From an uncultured Vampirovibrionales bacterium (lineage in GTDB: Bacteria; Cyanobacteriota; Vampirovibrionia; Vampirovibrionales; JAJTHC01): a DNA stretch of 55,892 bases. Location of the stretch: positions 1 through 55,892 of the forward strand of contig CAZDMD010000001.1 in the NCBI GenBank assembly GCA_964506805.1, written 5' to 3'. Each line of letters opens with the position of its first letter. The first letter of the stretch is position 1. The position numbers and the translations under genes are program-made. Below are positions 17,719 to 28,200 of the stretch, one piece after another. The notes below the pieces were generated by a model, which was not told the DNA's origin, searched no databases, and was given only the letters and a program-made list of their open reading frames with translations.

Positions 17719-18189
17719 ATGAACTCGTACTCTGTAAGCCAAGCCTTAAATGATACCCCTCAAATGAAATTAGATATTTTTCGTCAAGAAGATTTAGAAG
17801 AATTGATCCCGCTTCCCTTGTTTTTAAACAAGGTGCCTGCTGGTTTTCCTTCACCTGCTGAAGACTACATTGAACAAAAGCTCAATGTTCAAGAACTGTT
17901 GGTTAAACGTCCTGCTTCCACTTTCTTTATTCGGGTGAGTGGTTATTCCATGCTTGATGCAGGCATTCACGACGGCGATATTCTTGTGGTAGATCGTTCC
18001 CTTAAAGCCTCAACCCATAAAATCATCGTGGCTGTTTTAGACGGTGAACTTACGATTAAACGCTTTGAACAATCAGAAAATACCATTTATCTTCACCCCG
18101 AAAATAGTGAGTATCAAACCATTACCATCACCCCTGATATGGATTTTGAGGTGTGGGGCGTCGTGACCAATGTCATTCATGCGGTTTGA
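17719..18189 (+). CDS. umuD: UmuD, LexA-like S24 peptidase subunit of translesion polymerase V
   Basis: FIRVSGYSMLDAGIHDGDILVVDRSL and ...IVAVLDGELTIKR (Ser/Lys dyad context). Its stop overlaps the umuC start. Confidence 0.9.
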   Translation: MNSYSVSQALNDTPQMKLDIFRQEDLEELIPLPLFLNKVPAGFPSPAEDYIEQKLNVQELLVKRPASTFFIRVSGYSMLDAGIHDGDILVVDRSLKASTHKIIVAVLDGELTIKRFEQSENTIYLHPENSEYQTITITPDMDFEVWGVVTNVIHAV

Positions 18190-19478
18190 TGATGAAAGCC
18201 CCTAAAAGTTCTCACGTTTTTGCCGTGGTTGATTGTAATAATTTTTTCGTGAGTTGTGAACGAGTCTTCCAGCCTCATCTCAATAAGCGTCCTGTTGTGG
18301 TGCTTTCTAACAATGACGGTTGTGCCATTTCACGTTCCAACGAAGCCAAAGCCCTTGGCATTAAAATGGGTGAACCCTTTTTTAAGTTTCAACACCTTGT
18401 CAAAGCTCATAATGTAGCAGTATTCTCTTCAAATTTCCCCCTTTATAGTGATTTAAGTCAACGGATTATGTCTATTCTTCAGGAAGATGTTCCTTCTGTT
18501 GAAATGTATTCGATTGATGAGGCTTTTTTAGATCTTTCCCATATTCCTAGTGAACATCGTACCCAATGGATGCTTGATTTAAAGGCGAAGATTTATCAAT
18601 GGGTCGGCGTTCCCGTTTCCATTGGGTGTGCCGAAACCAAGACGCTCGCCAAAGTAGCGGTGCATTATGCGAAGAAGTCTCCCAAAACGAAAGGCGTTTT
18701 AGATTTGACACACTCGGATTTTCAGAATGAGGCTCTAAAACGTTTGCCCATTGAAGAGATATGGGGTGTGGGAAGAAAAACCGCTCAGAAATGTCGAAGT
18801 AAAGCCATTCAAAATGCGTATGATTTTAAAGGCTTACAGACATCTGAAGTTCTAAAATTAGGATCGAGCGTCCTTGCACGAACGCATCAGGAACTGCACG
18901 GGGTATTGTGTTTTTTATTGGAAGACGCCCCCGATGATCGAAAAAACATGGCGTTTACCCGTTCTTTTGGAACCCCTGTTGAAAGTAAAGAAGATTTACA
19001 CCAAGTCTTTAGTGAATACGCAGGACGGCTCGGGCATAAATTGAGGAAGCATCAGCTCGAAGCGGTGGGGCTTTATGCGTTTATCCGTAGTAATCCGTTT
19101 GATGATTATCGTCCTTACGTTTACCACAGTCAAAACATTAGTTTTATAGAAGCGACCAATAGTACCCCTGATTTAATGAAGGCGTCTCATGCCATGCTTG
19201 AAAAGATGTATCGTGAAGGCGTGCAATATAAAAAAGCGGGGTTAATTGCGTTGGGGTTACAACCCGCTCACTTGCATCAAAGAAGTTTATTTGAAAAGCC
19301 TTTAAGAGAGAAGGAAGACGCCTTGATGAAGACTTTAGACCGTGTTCAAAACCGATTTGGTAGATCCAGTTTGCAATATGCGTCGGCAGGCATTCAAAAG
19401 GCATGGTGGATGAAGCAGAACAAGCGATCCTCTGATTTTACGATGCACTGGGGGAGTCTCCTCACGATTGAAATTTGA
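18189..19478 (+). CDS. umuC: UmuC, Y-family DNA polymerase V catalytic subunit
   Basis: FAVVDCNNFFVSCERVF, VVVLSNNDGC, YSIDEAFLDL. I chose ATG 18189 (TGATG overlap with umuD); the track ORF begins at 18153. Confidence 0.9.
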   Translation: MMKAPKSSHVFAVVDCNNFFVSCERVFQPHLNKRPVVVLSNNDGCAISRSNEAKALGIKMGEPFFKFQHLVKAHNVAVFSSNFPLYSDLSQRIMSILQEDVPSVEMYSIDEAFLDLSHIPSEHRTQWMLDLKAKIYQWVGVPVSIGCAETKTLAKVAVHYAKKSPKTKGVLDLTHSDFQNEALKRLPIEEIWGVGRKTAQKCRSKAIQNAYDFKGLQTSEVLKLGSSVLARTHQELHGVLCFLLEDAPDDRKNMAFTRSFGTPVESKEDLHQVFSEYAGRLGHKLRKHQLEAVGLYAFIRSNPFDDYRPYVYHSQNISFIEATNSTPDLMKASHAMLEKMYREGVQYKKAGLIALGLQPAHLHQRSLFEKPLREKEDALMKTLDRVQNRFGRSSLQYASAGIQKAWWMKQNKRSSDFTMHWGSLLTIEI

Positions 19479-19701
19479 TGAAGCGCTCAGGATTCCTTTG
19501 TTCTTTCCTTTGAAGACAGAGTGACAGACCCGACGGTATGAAGCTCGCACTTTTAGGGTAGGTCTTGAAAACAAGGTGCCAAAAGATCAGCGACAGAAAG
19601 TCAAGCTTGGTATATTACGGAGGGTTGTACAACATGTAATAGAGTCTTGTAGGTGAAGGTAGTTTCGCTTATACACCTTCTAAAATCTGTGTACTCACAT
19701 T

Positions 19702-19862
19702 CGCAGGTCATTTAACACAAAGAGCAAGGGGTACACCCTTGAAATCAAGAGGTGGAGCTTGTTTGGTGTGACTCGGGAACGTATTCGTCAGGTCGAAGTG
19801 TAAGAGCTTTTCGGAAATGGCGTCATCCGAACCGGAGCAGTCGATTAAAAGGCTATGATTTG
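19702..19862 (+). pseudogene. Frameshifted fragment of the 3' end of a sigma-70 (rpoD-like) gene, region 4.2
   Basis: Hand translation gives ...[29 protein letters not shown] and then, in another frame, RAFRKWRHPNRSSRLKGYDL. Compare E. coli RpoD ...[47 protein letters not shown]. Confidence 0.55.
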
Positions 19863-19942
19863 AGGTCTCAAAATATCTATGGTATTCTGCTAAAGGGATT
19901 GAGAGGGAATTCTCTCTAAATTATTAATGAGGTAGTCCTATT

Positions 19943-22900
19943 TTGACAGAATCAATTATAATAGATTTTCAGCCTAAAATTAATTTTGCATGTCACCAAA
20001 ATGACATTGCTATTTTAAGCGAACTCTTAATTACAAACACAGACGAATCAATCTGGAAAAATATAAAAGTCCATTTGTCAGCTTCACCTGCATTTATTAA
20101 ATCTAAAACTTGGTTTATAGAACAATTAGAACCCAAAGAACAACGTGCAATAAACGACAGGCGTATCGAACTAGACGCACAGTTTTTATTAAATCTTGAT
20201 GAATCAATACATGGCGAAATAAACCTGCAACTCGAAGTGAATGGCGAAATAATTAATGATGTAAAGCAGTCAGTAGAATTGCTTGCTTTTAATGAATGGG
20301 GAGGAGCCTATTATATTCCTGAATTATTAGCGGTATTTGTAACGCCAAATGCTAAAGGAATAGATGCTCTTCTTGGAGAGGTTGGAACACTTCTACAACA
20401 AAATGGAAAAAATGGATCACTCAATGGCTATCAAGATAAGAGTGCTTCTAAAGTTTGGGAAATGGTATCTGCCTTATACTCAGTTATCGCAAAAAAAGGA
20501 TTTACTTATTGCTTACCGCCTCAAAGCTTTGAAAAAAATGGGCAAAAAATACGACTACCACATAATATTCTTGAAGATAAAGTAGCGACTTGTCTAGATA
20601 CAACATTGCTCTTCGCTTCAGCTTTAGAACAGATGGGGCTTGCCCCTGTTGTCATACTTTTAAAAGAGCATGCTTTTGTTGGTGTCTGGTTGAAGCCAAC
20701 ATCATTGGGAAGCTTGATTGTCGAAGAAGCGGAATCGATTAGAAAAAGGATTCAATTACAAGAATTGATTGTCTTTGAAACGACCTTAGTCACACAGTCC
20801 ACAGTTCCTGCATTTTCCACTTCTAAACGATTGGCTGAAGAAAAACTGGCTTACGGACAGGATAAAGAATTTGAATTGATGCTTGATGTTCGTTTAGCTC
20901 GTTCGCACCAAATCAAGCCTTTGGCAATCGGTAAGCAGGACTCTATAATTAAACCAGTAACGCTTTCAGAAACGGATTCTCAAACTAAAGAAATCCCACT
21001 AGAACCCGCTCCTGTTGATTTGTCCGATTATAGCGAGGAATCCACCAACCAAAACCATGAATTAACAGAAGCAAACAGGTTGAATATATGGCAAAAAAAA
21101 TTACTTAATTTGTCTCCAAGCAACCCATTGTTGCACTGTAAAATTACTCAAAGTAACTTATCTATACTGTGTCCCGATCCTGCCAAAATGGAAGATATTC
21201 TTGCAAGTGATGTGAAATTATCTCTTGTCGCTGCAGAAAAAGTACTTCAAACCAAAATTGACCCTGAATTAAGAGCATTGCGGACAGGTGAAACGCTTTG
21301 GGTACAACAGGCTGAAGAAGCATTAAAGCATAAACAACTTTTAGTAAATGTCCCAGAAGCTAAACTCTCAAGTCAATTAGTGGCCTTATATAGAAAAACC
21401 AAAACGGTTTTAGAAGAAGGCGGTACAAACACTTTGTATTTGGCAGTAGGCTTCCTGAAATGGCGAAAAAACGACAAAACTGATAAGACCTATTACGCAC
21501 CACTTATTTTACTACCTGTCAAATTAGAACGACCCTCTGTTAATAGCGGAGTAAAGCTTGTCGCTCATGAAGATGAACCTACTTTTAATACGACTCTGCT
21601 ACAAATGTTAAAGCAGGATTTTGAGATTCCTATTCCCTCATTAGAAGGTGATTTGCCAACAGATGATAGTGGATTAGATGTGCCTCAAATTTGGAATCGT
21701 GTACGTCTTGCTGTTAAAGAAGTGGATGGATTTGAAGTCGTTCAAGAAGTGGTGCTTGGGCATTTTTCATTTAATAAGTATTTAATGTGGAAAGATTTAA
21801 TTGATCGAACAGATGATCTTATGAAGCATCCGCTTGTTGCTTACTTACTAGATCGTAAAAATCCTGCTCCAGAAGGAGGTGGATTTGTAGATCCTATGAA
21901 ATTAGACGAACTCTACAAACCAGAAGATTTTTTTGCACCTTTGCCAATGGATTCATCTCAACTGGCTGTGCTTGCCGCTGCAGACAAAGGGAAAAGCTTT
22001 GTTATTGAAGGCCCTCCCGGAACAGGAAAAAGTCAAACAATTACAAATTTAATTGCTCATTTAATGGCTAAAGGTAAAACGGTATTATTTGTTTCTGAAA
22101 AAATGGCCGCTTTGGATGTCGTCTATCGCCGATTGGAACAGGTGGGATTGGGGCGTTTTTGTTTACAGCTGCATTCAAATAAAGCAAACAAAAAAGATGT
22201 TTTGAACCAGTTACGTCTTTCATGGGACGGAGCAAACTCTAATACTGAAAGTGATTGGCAATCAACGGCACAAGAACTTCTTAGATTAAGAAATGACTTG
22301 AATCAATTCGTAAAAACGCTGCATGAATGTGGAGCTAATGGATTGACTCCTCACTATGCAATGGGCGTAAGTATTCAGCAAGAAAAACTAAGTAAGTTAG
22401 TTGAATTAGAATGGTCTTCGACAGAAGCACATGACTTAGAAGCTTTTAAAGCCTTAAAAGAGTTAGTCCACCAATTGCAAATTCAAGCCAAACAATGTTT
22501 TTTGTTATTTGATTCAAATGTATTTAATAAAATCTCCAATACTCAATGGACTCCTGTTTGGCAAAAGGCGATCATTTCTGAATCTCAAACGCTTTCAAAA
22601 ACGGTCAAAGATGTAGTAGAAACAAGTCGCTCGCTTGTGAAAACGATGAATATTCCTTTTGTTTACAATGAAACGCCTCAGTCATTGAAGCATTTATATC
22701 AATTAGCATTAATACTGAAGGACTCTTCATTGCAAAGTGCAAATTATGCCTTTAGTGATAATGGCATGGATAAAATCGATGCTTTAGAAGAAGCCATTCA
22801 GCAATTAACTGCCTATATTCAAGCAAAAGAATCCTTAAAGTGTGATTGCCCTGTGGATATTTGGAAAACAATTGATGGTGAAGCGTTGGCTTTGCAATGG

Positions 22901-25177
22901 GACTGTTCAGAAAGAAAGTGGTTTTTAGCAAAATGGTTGGAAAAAATAAGTATCCAAAAAGTACTTAAGAAAGCTGGTGCAAAAGGTCGTATTGTGATGC
23001 CTCAAGATGCCATAGCTATTCAAAAATTGAGACAGCATGGAATAGCACTAGAGGGATTAAATAATCTATTACAGGATGTACGTGTTTGGAAAACAGAATA
23101 TTCTAACGTTGAAGAGCTAGGGCATTCTACAGCTCTAGCTCGTAATTTAAGACAACTTTCAGGAAAGTTGGCGGATACCCCTGAATCTCTTAGTCAAATC
23201 AGAAAGGGTTTAAACCTATTATTAAAAGAAGGACGAGAGCTTCTTGATCCAGAGGGACATATTGGGCAGCAAATTCATGCTTTTATTGAAGCGTATCAAG
23301 TTTTTGATAGAAGCCATCAAACTGTTTTAAAATTACGCCTTTCCGAAGAATCTGTAAATACAATACTGGAAGAGGGTTTTACGGTAGAAAAGAACTGTCA
23401 GGAGTTAATTGATCAAGCCGTTGAGCTTGCAGAGCGAGAAGGTGATTTAAAAGAATGGTGTAATTGGCAACGTTTAAAGCAAGAAGCCATACAACAAGGA
23501 CTAGATCCTCTCGTTAAAGCCGTTGAACAATATCATATTGAGCCGAAGGATATAGAACAAGCTTTTGAAGCAGCCTATTGTCAATGGTGGGTTCAATTAC
23601 TGATGTCGAGTAATGCTACTTTAAGGGAGTTTTCTAGTATCCAACATATGGATAAAATTACTCGTTTCCAAAAATTAGATGATAAATTTCAAAAATTAAC
23701 GTTGGCTTATATAGCCGCATCTTTATCAAACGGCATTCCTTTGAGAGAAGAGTCCGTTTTATCAAAGGACTGGCAATTAATCCAGCGTGAAATACAAAAA
23801 CAGCGTCAACATAAAGCTGTGCGTCAACTCATTTGTGAAGCAAACGGGGCTGTTAAAAAGCTTGCACCGTGTATGATGATGTCTCCTTTATCTATTGCTC
23901 AATACCTACCTGTATCTCAAGATGCCTTTGATGTTGTTATTTTTGATGAAGCTTCTCAAATAACGGTTTGGGATGCAATAGGGGCTCTCTCACGAGGGAA
24001 GCAAGTGATTGTGGCGGGTGATCCAAAACAAATGCCTCCATCCAATTTCTTTGGTCGTGCGGTTGAACACAATGAAGAAGCATCAGGTCTTGAGGAAGAT
24101 TTAGAAAGTATATTAGATGAGTTGATTGGTTCAGGCATGCCTACTTTGAGGCTGAACTGGCACTATCGTTCTCGCTGTGAAAGTTTGATAGCATTCTCTA
24201 ATGACAGATATTACGATGGGACCTTGGTGACCTTTCCTTCAGCTTCAACCACTCAACAAGCCGTTTCTCTCAAGTATATTCAAGAGGCTTGTTATACGCC
24301 TGGAGCCAGAACCAATCAAAAAGAAGCTAAATCCTTAGTAGAAGAATGTGTACGTCGCTTGCTACACCCTGATCCCTCTATTCGGAATAAAAGCATAGGA
24401 ATTGTAACGTTTAACACGGATCAACAAAAACTGATAGAGGACTTACTTGATTCTCAGAGAAGTCAGTATCCTGAATTGGAAGCGGCTTTCAGCTCAGATA
24501 ATCAAGATGCCGTATTTGTTAAAAACTTAGAAACTGTTCAAGGTGATGAAAGAGATGTTATTCTCTTTAGCGTAACCTATGGTCCTGATACAAGTGGTAA
24601 GATTAGTATGAATTTTGGCCCATTAAATCGTTCAGGTGGGGAGCGTCGTTTAAATGTTGCGTTTACAAGAGCTCGGCATGAAATGGTTGTATTTTCTTCT
24701 CTTCTGCCAGAGCAAATAGATTTAAACCGTACTAAAGCACAAGGCGTTACAGACCTTAAACATTTTCTTCAATATGCCAAACAAGGTAAATCCGCTTTGG
24801 GTAGCTTTGTAACACATTCCTTGGGTGGTTATGAATCACCTTTTGAACAAGAAGTGGCTAATGCACTCCGTCAAAAAGGCTGGAGCGTACATACACAAGT
24901 AGGCTGCTCTTCTTATCGAATTGACTTGGCCATTGTTCATCCCGATAAACCAGGATCCTATCTCGCTGGAGTTGAATGTGATGGTGCCACCTATCATCGT
25001 TCTGCCACCGCTAAAGATAGGGATAAATTACGCCAAGCTGTGCTTCAAAATCTAGGGTGGACTATTCTTCGGGTGTGGTCAACTGATTGGTGGACGAATA
25101 AAAAAGGTGCTATTGAAAAACTACATGCTTCACTTGTTGAAATACAAACAGAGCTAATCAGCTGTACCAAATCTTAA
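19943..25177 (+). CDS. 1744-aa DUF4011 / Upf1-like SF1 helicase with a C-terminal Vsr/DUF559-like endonuclease domain (Hhe-like), TTG start
   Basis: DUF4011-like RLNIWQKKLLNLSPSNPLLH; Walker A GPPGTGKSQTITNLI; VIFDEASQ; VAGDPKQMPP; TVQGDERDVILFS; C-terminus YRIDLAIVHP...GVECDGATYH...GWTILRVWSTDWW. Confidence 0.85.
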   Translation: MTESIIIDFQPKINFACHQNDIAILSELLITNTDESIWKNIKVHLSASPAFIKSKTWFIEQLEPKEQRAINDRRIELDAQFLLNLDESIHGEINLQLEVNGEIINDVKQSVELLAFNEWGGAYYIPELLAVFVTPNAKGIDALLGEVGTLLQQNGKNGSLNGYQDKSASKVWEMVSALYSVIAKKGFTYCLPPQSFEKNGQKIRLPHNILEDKVATCLDTTLLFASALEQMGLAPVVILLKEHAFVGVWLKPTSLGSLIVEEAESIRKRIQLQELIVFETTLVTQSTVPAFSTSKRLAEEKLAYGQDKEFELMLDVRLARSHQIKPLAIGKQDSIIKPVTLSETDSQTKEIPLEPAPVDLSDYSEESTNQNHELTEANRLNIWQKKLLNLSPSNPLLHCKITQSNLSILCPDPAKMEDILASDVKLSLVAAEKVLQTKIDPELRALRTGETLWVQQAEEALKHKQLLVNVPEAKLSSQLVALYRKTKTVLEEGGTNTLYLAVGFLKWRKNDKTDKTYYAPLILLPVKLERPSVNSGVKLVAHEDEPTFNTTLLQMLKQDFEIPIPSLEGDLPTDDSGLDVPQIWNRVRLAVKEVDGFEVVQEVVLGHFSFNKYLMWKDLIDRTDDLMKHPLVAYLLDRKNPAPEGGGFVDPMKLDELYKPEDFFAPLPMDSSQLAVLAAADKGKSFVIEGPPGTGKSQTITNLIAHLMAKGKTVLFVSEKMAALDVVYRRLEQVGLGRFCLQLHSNKANKKDVLNQLRLSWDGANSNTESDWQSTAQELLRLRNDLNQFVKTLHECGANGLTPHYAMGVSIQQEKLSKLVELEWSSTEAHDLEAFKALKELVHQLQIQAKQCFLLFDSNVFNKISNTQWTPVWQKAIISESQTLSKTVKDVVETSRSLVKTMNIPFVYNETPQSLKHLYQLALILKDSSLQSANYAFSDNGMDKIDALEEAIQQLTAYIQAKESLKCDCPVDIWKTIDGEALALQWDCSERKWFLAKWLEKISIQKVLKKAGAKGRIVMPQDAIAIQKLRQHGIALEGLNNLLQDVRVWKTEYSNVEELGHSTALARNLRQLSGKLADTPESLSQIRKGLNLLLKEGRELLDPEGHIGQQIHAFIEAYQVFDRSHQTVLKLRLSEESVNTILEEGFTVEKNCQELIDQAVELAEREGDLKEWCNWQRLKQEAIQQGLDPLVKAVEQYHIEPKDIEQAFEAAYCQWWVQLLMSSNATLREFSSIQHMDKITRFQKLDDKFQKLTLAYIAASLSNGIPLREESVLSKDWQLIQREIQKQRQHKAVRQLICEANGAVKKLAPCMMMSPLSIAQYLPVSQDAFDVVIFDEASQITVWDAIGALSRGKQVIVAGDPKQMPPSNFFGRAVEHNEEASGLEEDLESILDELIGSGMPTLRLNWHYRSRCESLIAFSNDRYYDGTLVTFPSASTTQQAVSLKYIQEACYTPGARTNQKEAKSLVEECVRRLLHPDPSIRNKSIGIVTFNTDQQKLIEDLLDSQRSQYPELEAAFSSDNQDAVFVKNLETVQGDERDVILFSVTYGPDTSGKISMNFGPLNRSGGERRLNVAFTRARHEMVVFSSLLPEQIDLNRTKAQGVTDLKHFLQYAKQGKSALGSFVTHSLGGYESPFEQEVANALRQKGWSVHTQVGCSSYRIDLAIVHPDKPGSYLAGVECDGATYHRSATAKDRDKLRQAVLQNLGWTILRVWSTDWWTNKKGAIEKLHASLVEIQTELISCTKS

Positions 25178-25276
25178 AAAACGAGATCCTGAAATTAGGA
25201 GGGGCTTAGGGGGCGGTTAAATTCACAAACAGCGTCTAGGGTATTATGCCAAGGTCGGAACAGAAGAAGGTTGTAC

Positions 25277-28200
25277 TCATTTGCAACAATGAGTTCTTAG
25301 GCAGGAGAGACCATCGCCCCATACTTCTTTAACGATGTTCTGCCCCTGTTTCCACGCAACGCCTTCTATTCTAAGGTATGAACCTCCTCCCAGCATCCCT
25401 CCATGCTTCTTAAAGGCATTACGTTCGGCAAGAAAAACCCACAGACACTCATAATCATTATCCTTGAGATATTGCTCAAATAACTTTGTTTCCATAGCAA
25501 CAATTGAACCATCTTCGGGAGCTTGACCACATATAGCAGAAATACTTCCTGTAGTATCGACATAGGTGGTTGAGGTTTCATCTGCTCTTCTAAGTTCAAG
25601 TTCTTTACACAACCAAGGGCAAGGCATATAAACCTTAAATCCTTCTGGTAATGCCTTATCAAGATGAGATTCCCAACAATAGTCGCTTACTGTTCTTGAG
25701 ATTTGTGGGCTATCTTTTTCCCTAAATACTTTCTCCCATTTCTGATAATGCCATGCAGAATGCCAAGGATGCTCCAATAAGAAAGGACCGTCTGTAAAAT
25801 TTATTGAGCCCCAATCATTAAAATTAGAGATGGGTTTCTTTTTTAGTATATCCACAACACTCTTTCTGTCTCGCTTTGGTATAATTACAGCTGATATAAA
25901 ACGAAATTCCTGACGTCTATATCCATCATTGCTAGGGAAGTTTTCCGAAGTACATTGATGCTCATACAAGACAGAAAATTTCCTACCGTCGGGTGTAGTA
26001 CGATATACTAATGACTCAAGTTGTTCACCTAGATTCTTCAGGGAGACCCAGTGATCAATATCTGTATCTGTACATTCTTCTAAATCAATTTCTACTCCCA
26101 TGATATGATTTATAAGATCATTCTTTTTTGCCTGTTCAATTTTTTTAGGTCTTATAATGGTGGGGTCTATGTCTCGTTGATAGCCAATGTTTAAAGGGCT
26201 ATCATATTTTTGAGGGGGATTGTCATAGTCTTTAAGCCAATAATTATCCGCAAGGCGACATTGTAATTCACTTAAAGCAAGCCATTGATATTTTTTACCG
26301 ATACGTTCAACAGTTGGTCTTTCACGCCCATGCACATATCCATACCTATATCCAGTAATATCTTCTCCAAAAAGTTTTTCATTCCAACCGTAATCATAGG
26401 CTCTCTTAGCAACCCATAAACGACATTGAGTTAAGTCAAAAGATTTTGGGCGATTATCTTTGGTTGATTTTTCAAAGTAAGGCTTGGCTTCCTTATTATA
26501 ACGAATTTTTTCATTCTTGGACAAACTTGCAAAAAGACCTTTCTGAGCTGCCTGTATAATTGGCGAGATCTCTTCTTCTCGTTCCTTTATCGTTTTTTGA
26601 GCTTCTTCTTCATCTGATTCCAGAAATACCAGTATAGGCATGGATAAGCACTGCTGGGCTTTCTCTAATACCTCAAAAAATTCCTTATATTCTTTGTTAG
26701 GTTCTATAACTTCTTGTTTGAACTTATCATATTTCTCTTTAGTTGTCAGTGGCACATCCTTTTTCAGTGGCACTGTAAGGAAATCGTTCGTTGCATGAGG
26801 AATTTCGTAGTTCGCAAAGTCGCCGATATGAACCGTACAGGAAGACAATATTTGGTTGCCGCCTGCTTTGTTCGCAATTTGTTTTATTGCTTCTTCTTTG
26901 AGATTGAATCTTGGAGGCGATGAACGATAAGGCGGATAGGCTAACTGAACATCTACCCCTTTAAGGGAAAAATTTTGAATTTTAGCAATTTCAATCAAAC
27001 CACGGGCATAATCCCGAAGTAATAAGTGCAACGGTGGTTCCCCAAGAGAAAATAGATGTTTAAACGCCGTTTCCGCAAAGGAGGATATCCATTCAGCCTC
27101 ACAATTTCGACAGGCTGCCCCATATGCGGCTGCATAAATTCGTTCTAAAATGTAAAGATCATCAACCGCTTTAAACTCATCAACCAACCAAGGGAATATC
27201 GTAGGCTTATTTTCAATCAGAGCAACGAGTGATTTTGTCGCTCGGTCTCGTATATTGCGGTCAGTGGTAGAAAATGACCATGCCAATACTAAAGCGGCTA
27301 ATTCGTGAGACTTTCCTGAGTTGACATGAAGGCTTCCATCCAAAGACCAATCGATAATTCTATAAATGGGATGTTCACTATCAGAACCAGCCAAAATAGT
27401 AGACCACCAAGCATCTCTATGTGGCATATCAAGGCTCATCAATTTTGGATGTAGTAGGTTTTCAACATTAAAGGGATGATCTTCACAAATACTCATTTCT
27501 AAAACTAGCGAAATCAATTCTTCTGGCTGTAACCAATTTAAAAATTTTCGGGTTCGTTCTGTAAAAGCATTCTTATCTCGCCATCTCACGCTCTCTTTAA
27601 AAGCCTCTACAATCGAATAATCTAATTGCTGTTGTTGTTCTTCTGTAAGGCAATCGATCAATTCTTTCTCATAGTTTTCGGGAATGAGTATTGAAAGAGC
27701 AGAAATTAACCCACCCCATTGCCATCTATTTGTAAGACAAAAGGCGGCATCCCCACCTACTTCAAAGGCAGATACTGGGTCGATAACAGCTTCAAGAAGT
27801 TGGGTTGCCATAACATGATCTTGAAACCTTTGAAATGAAAAACCAACCACGTCTTCAGCAGGTTGAAGTGGATCTGGATCAGACTGGTAAACGGGCCAAC
27901 GTTGTAATAAACCATTACGAATAAGAACATCCAGCCACGAAATACCGTTTGGTGGAGAGTAACCTTCAAAAGAATTCTTTAAAATCTCTACGGCTTGTTC
28001 CCAAGAAATTCTATCCTGCTTTTGTGTCAGCATTTCTTTTACAAGGTTTTGTAAGCTCTTAAGTATATAGGAATAAAGTCTATGACTAAGTTCAGGATAC
28101 AGTCTACGCATATTTTCTGCCGTGGCTTCTACAAAATAGACAAAGATAGCACTGGTTCCTGTTAAACCTTTCGGGAACTCAGTCTTGCCATCTCTTTGCA

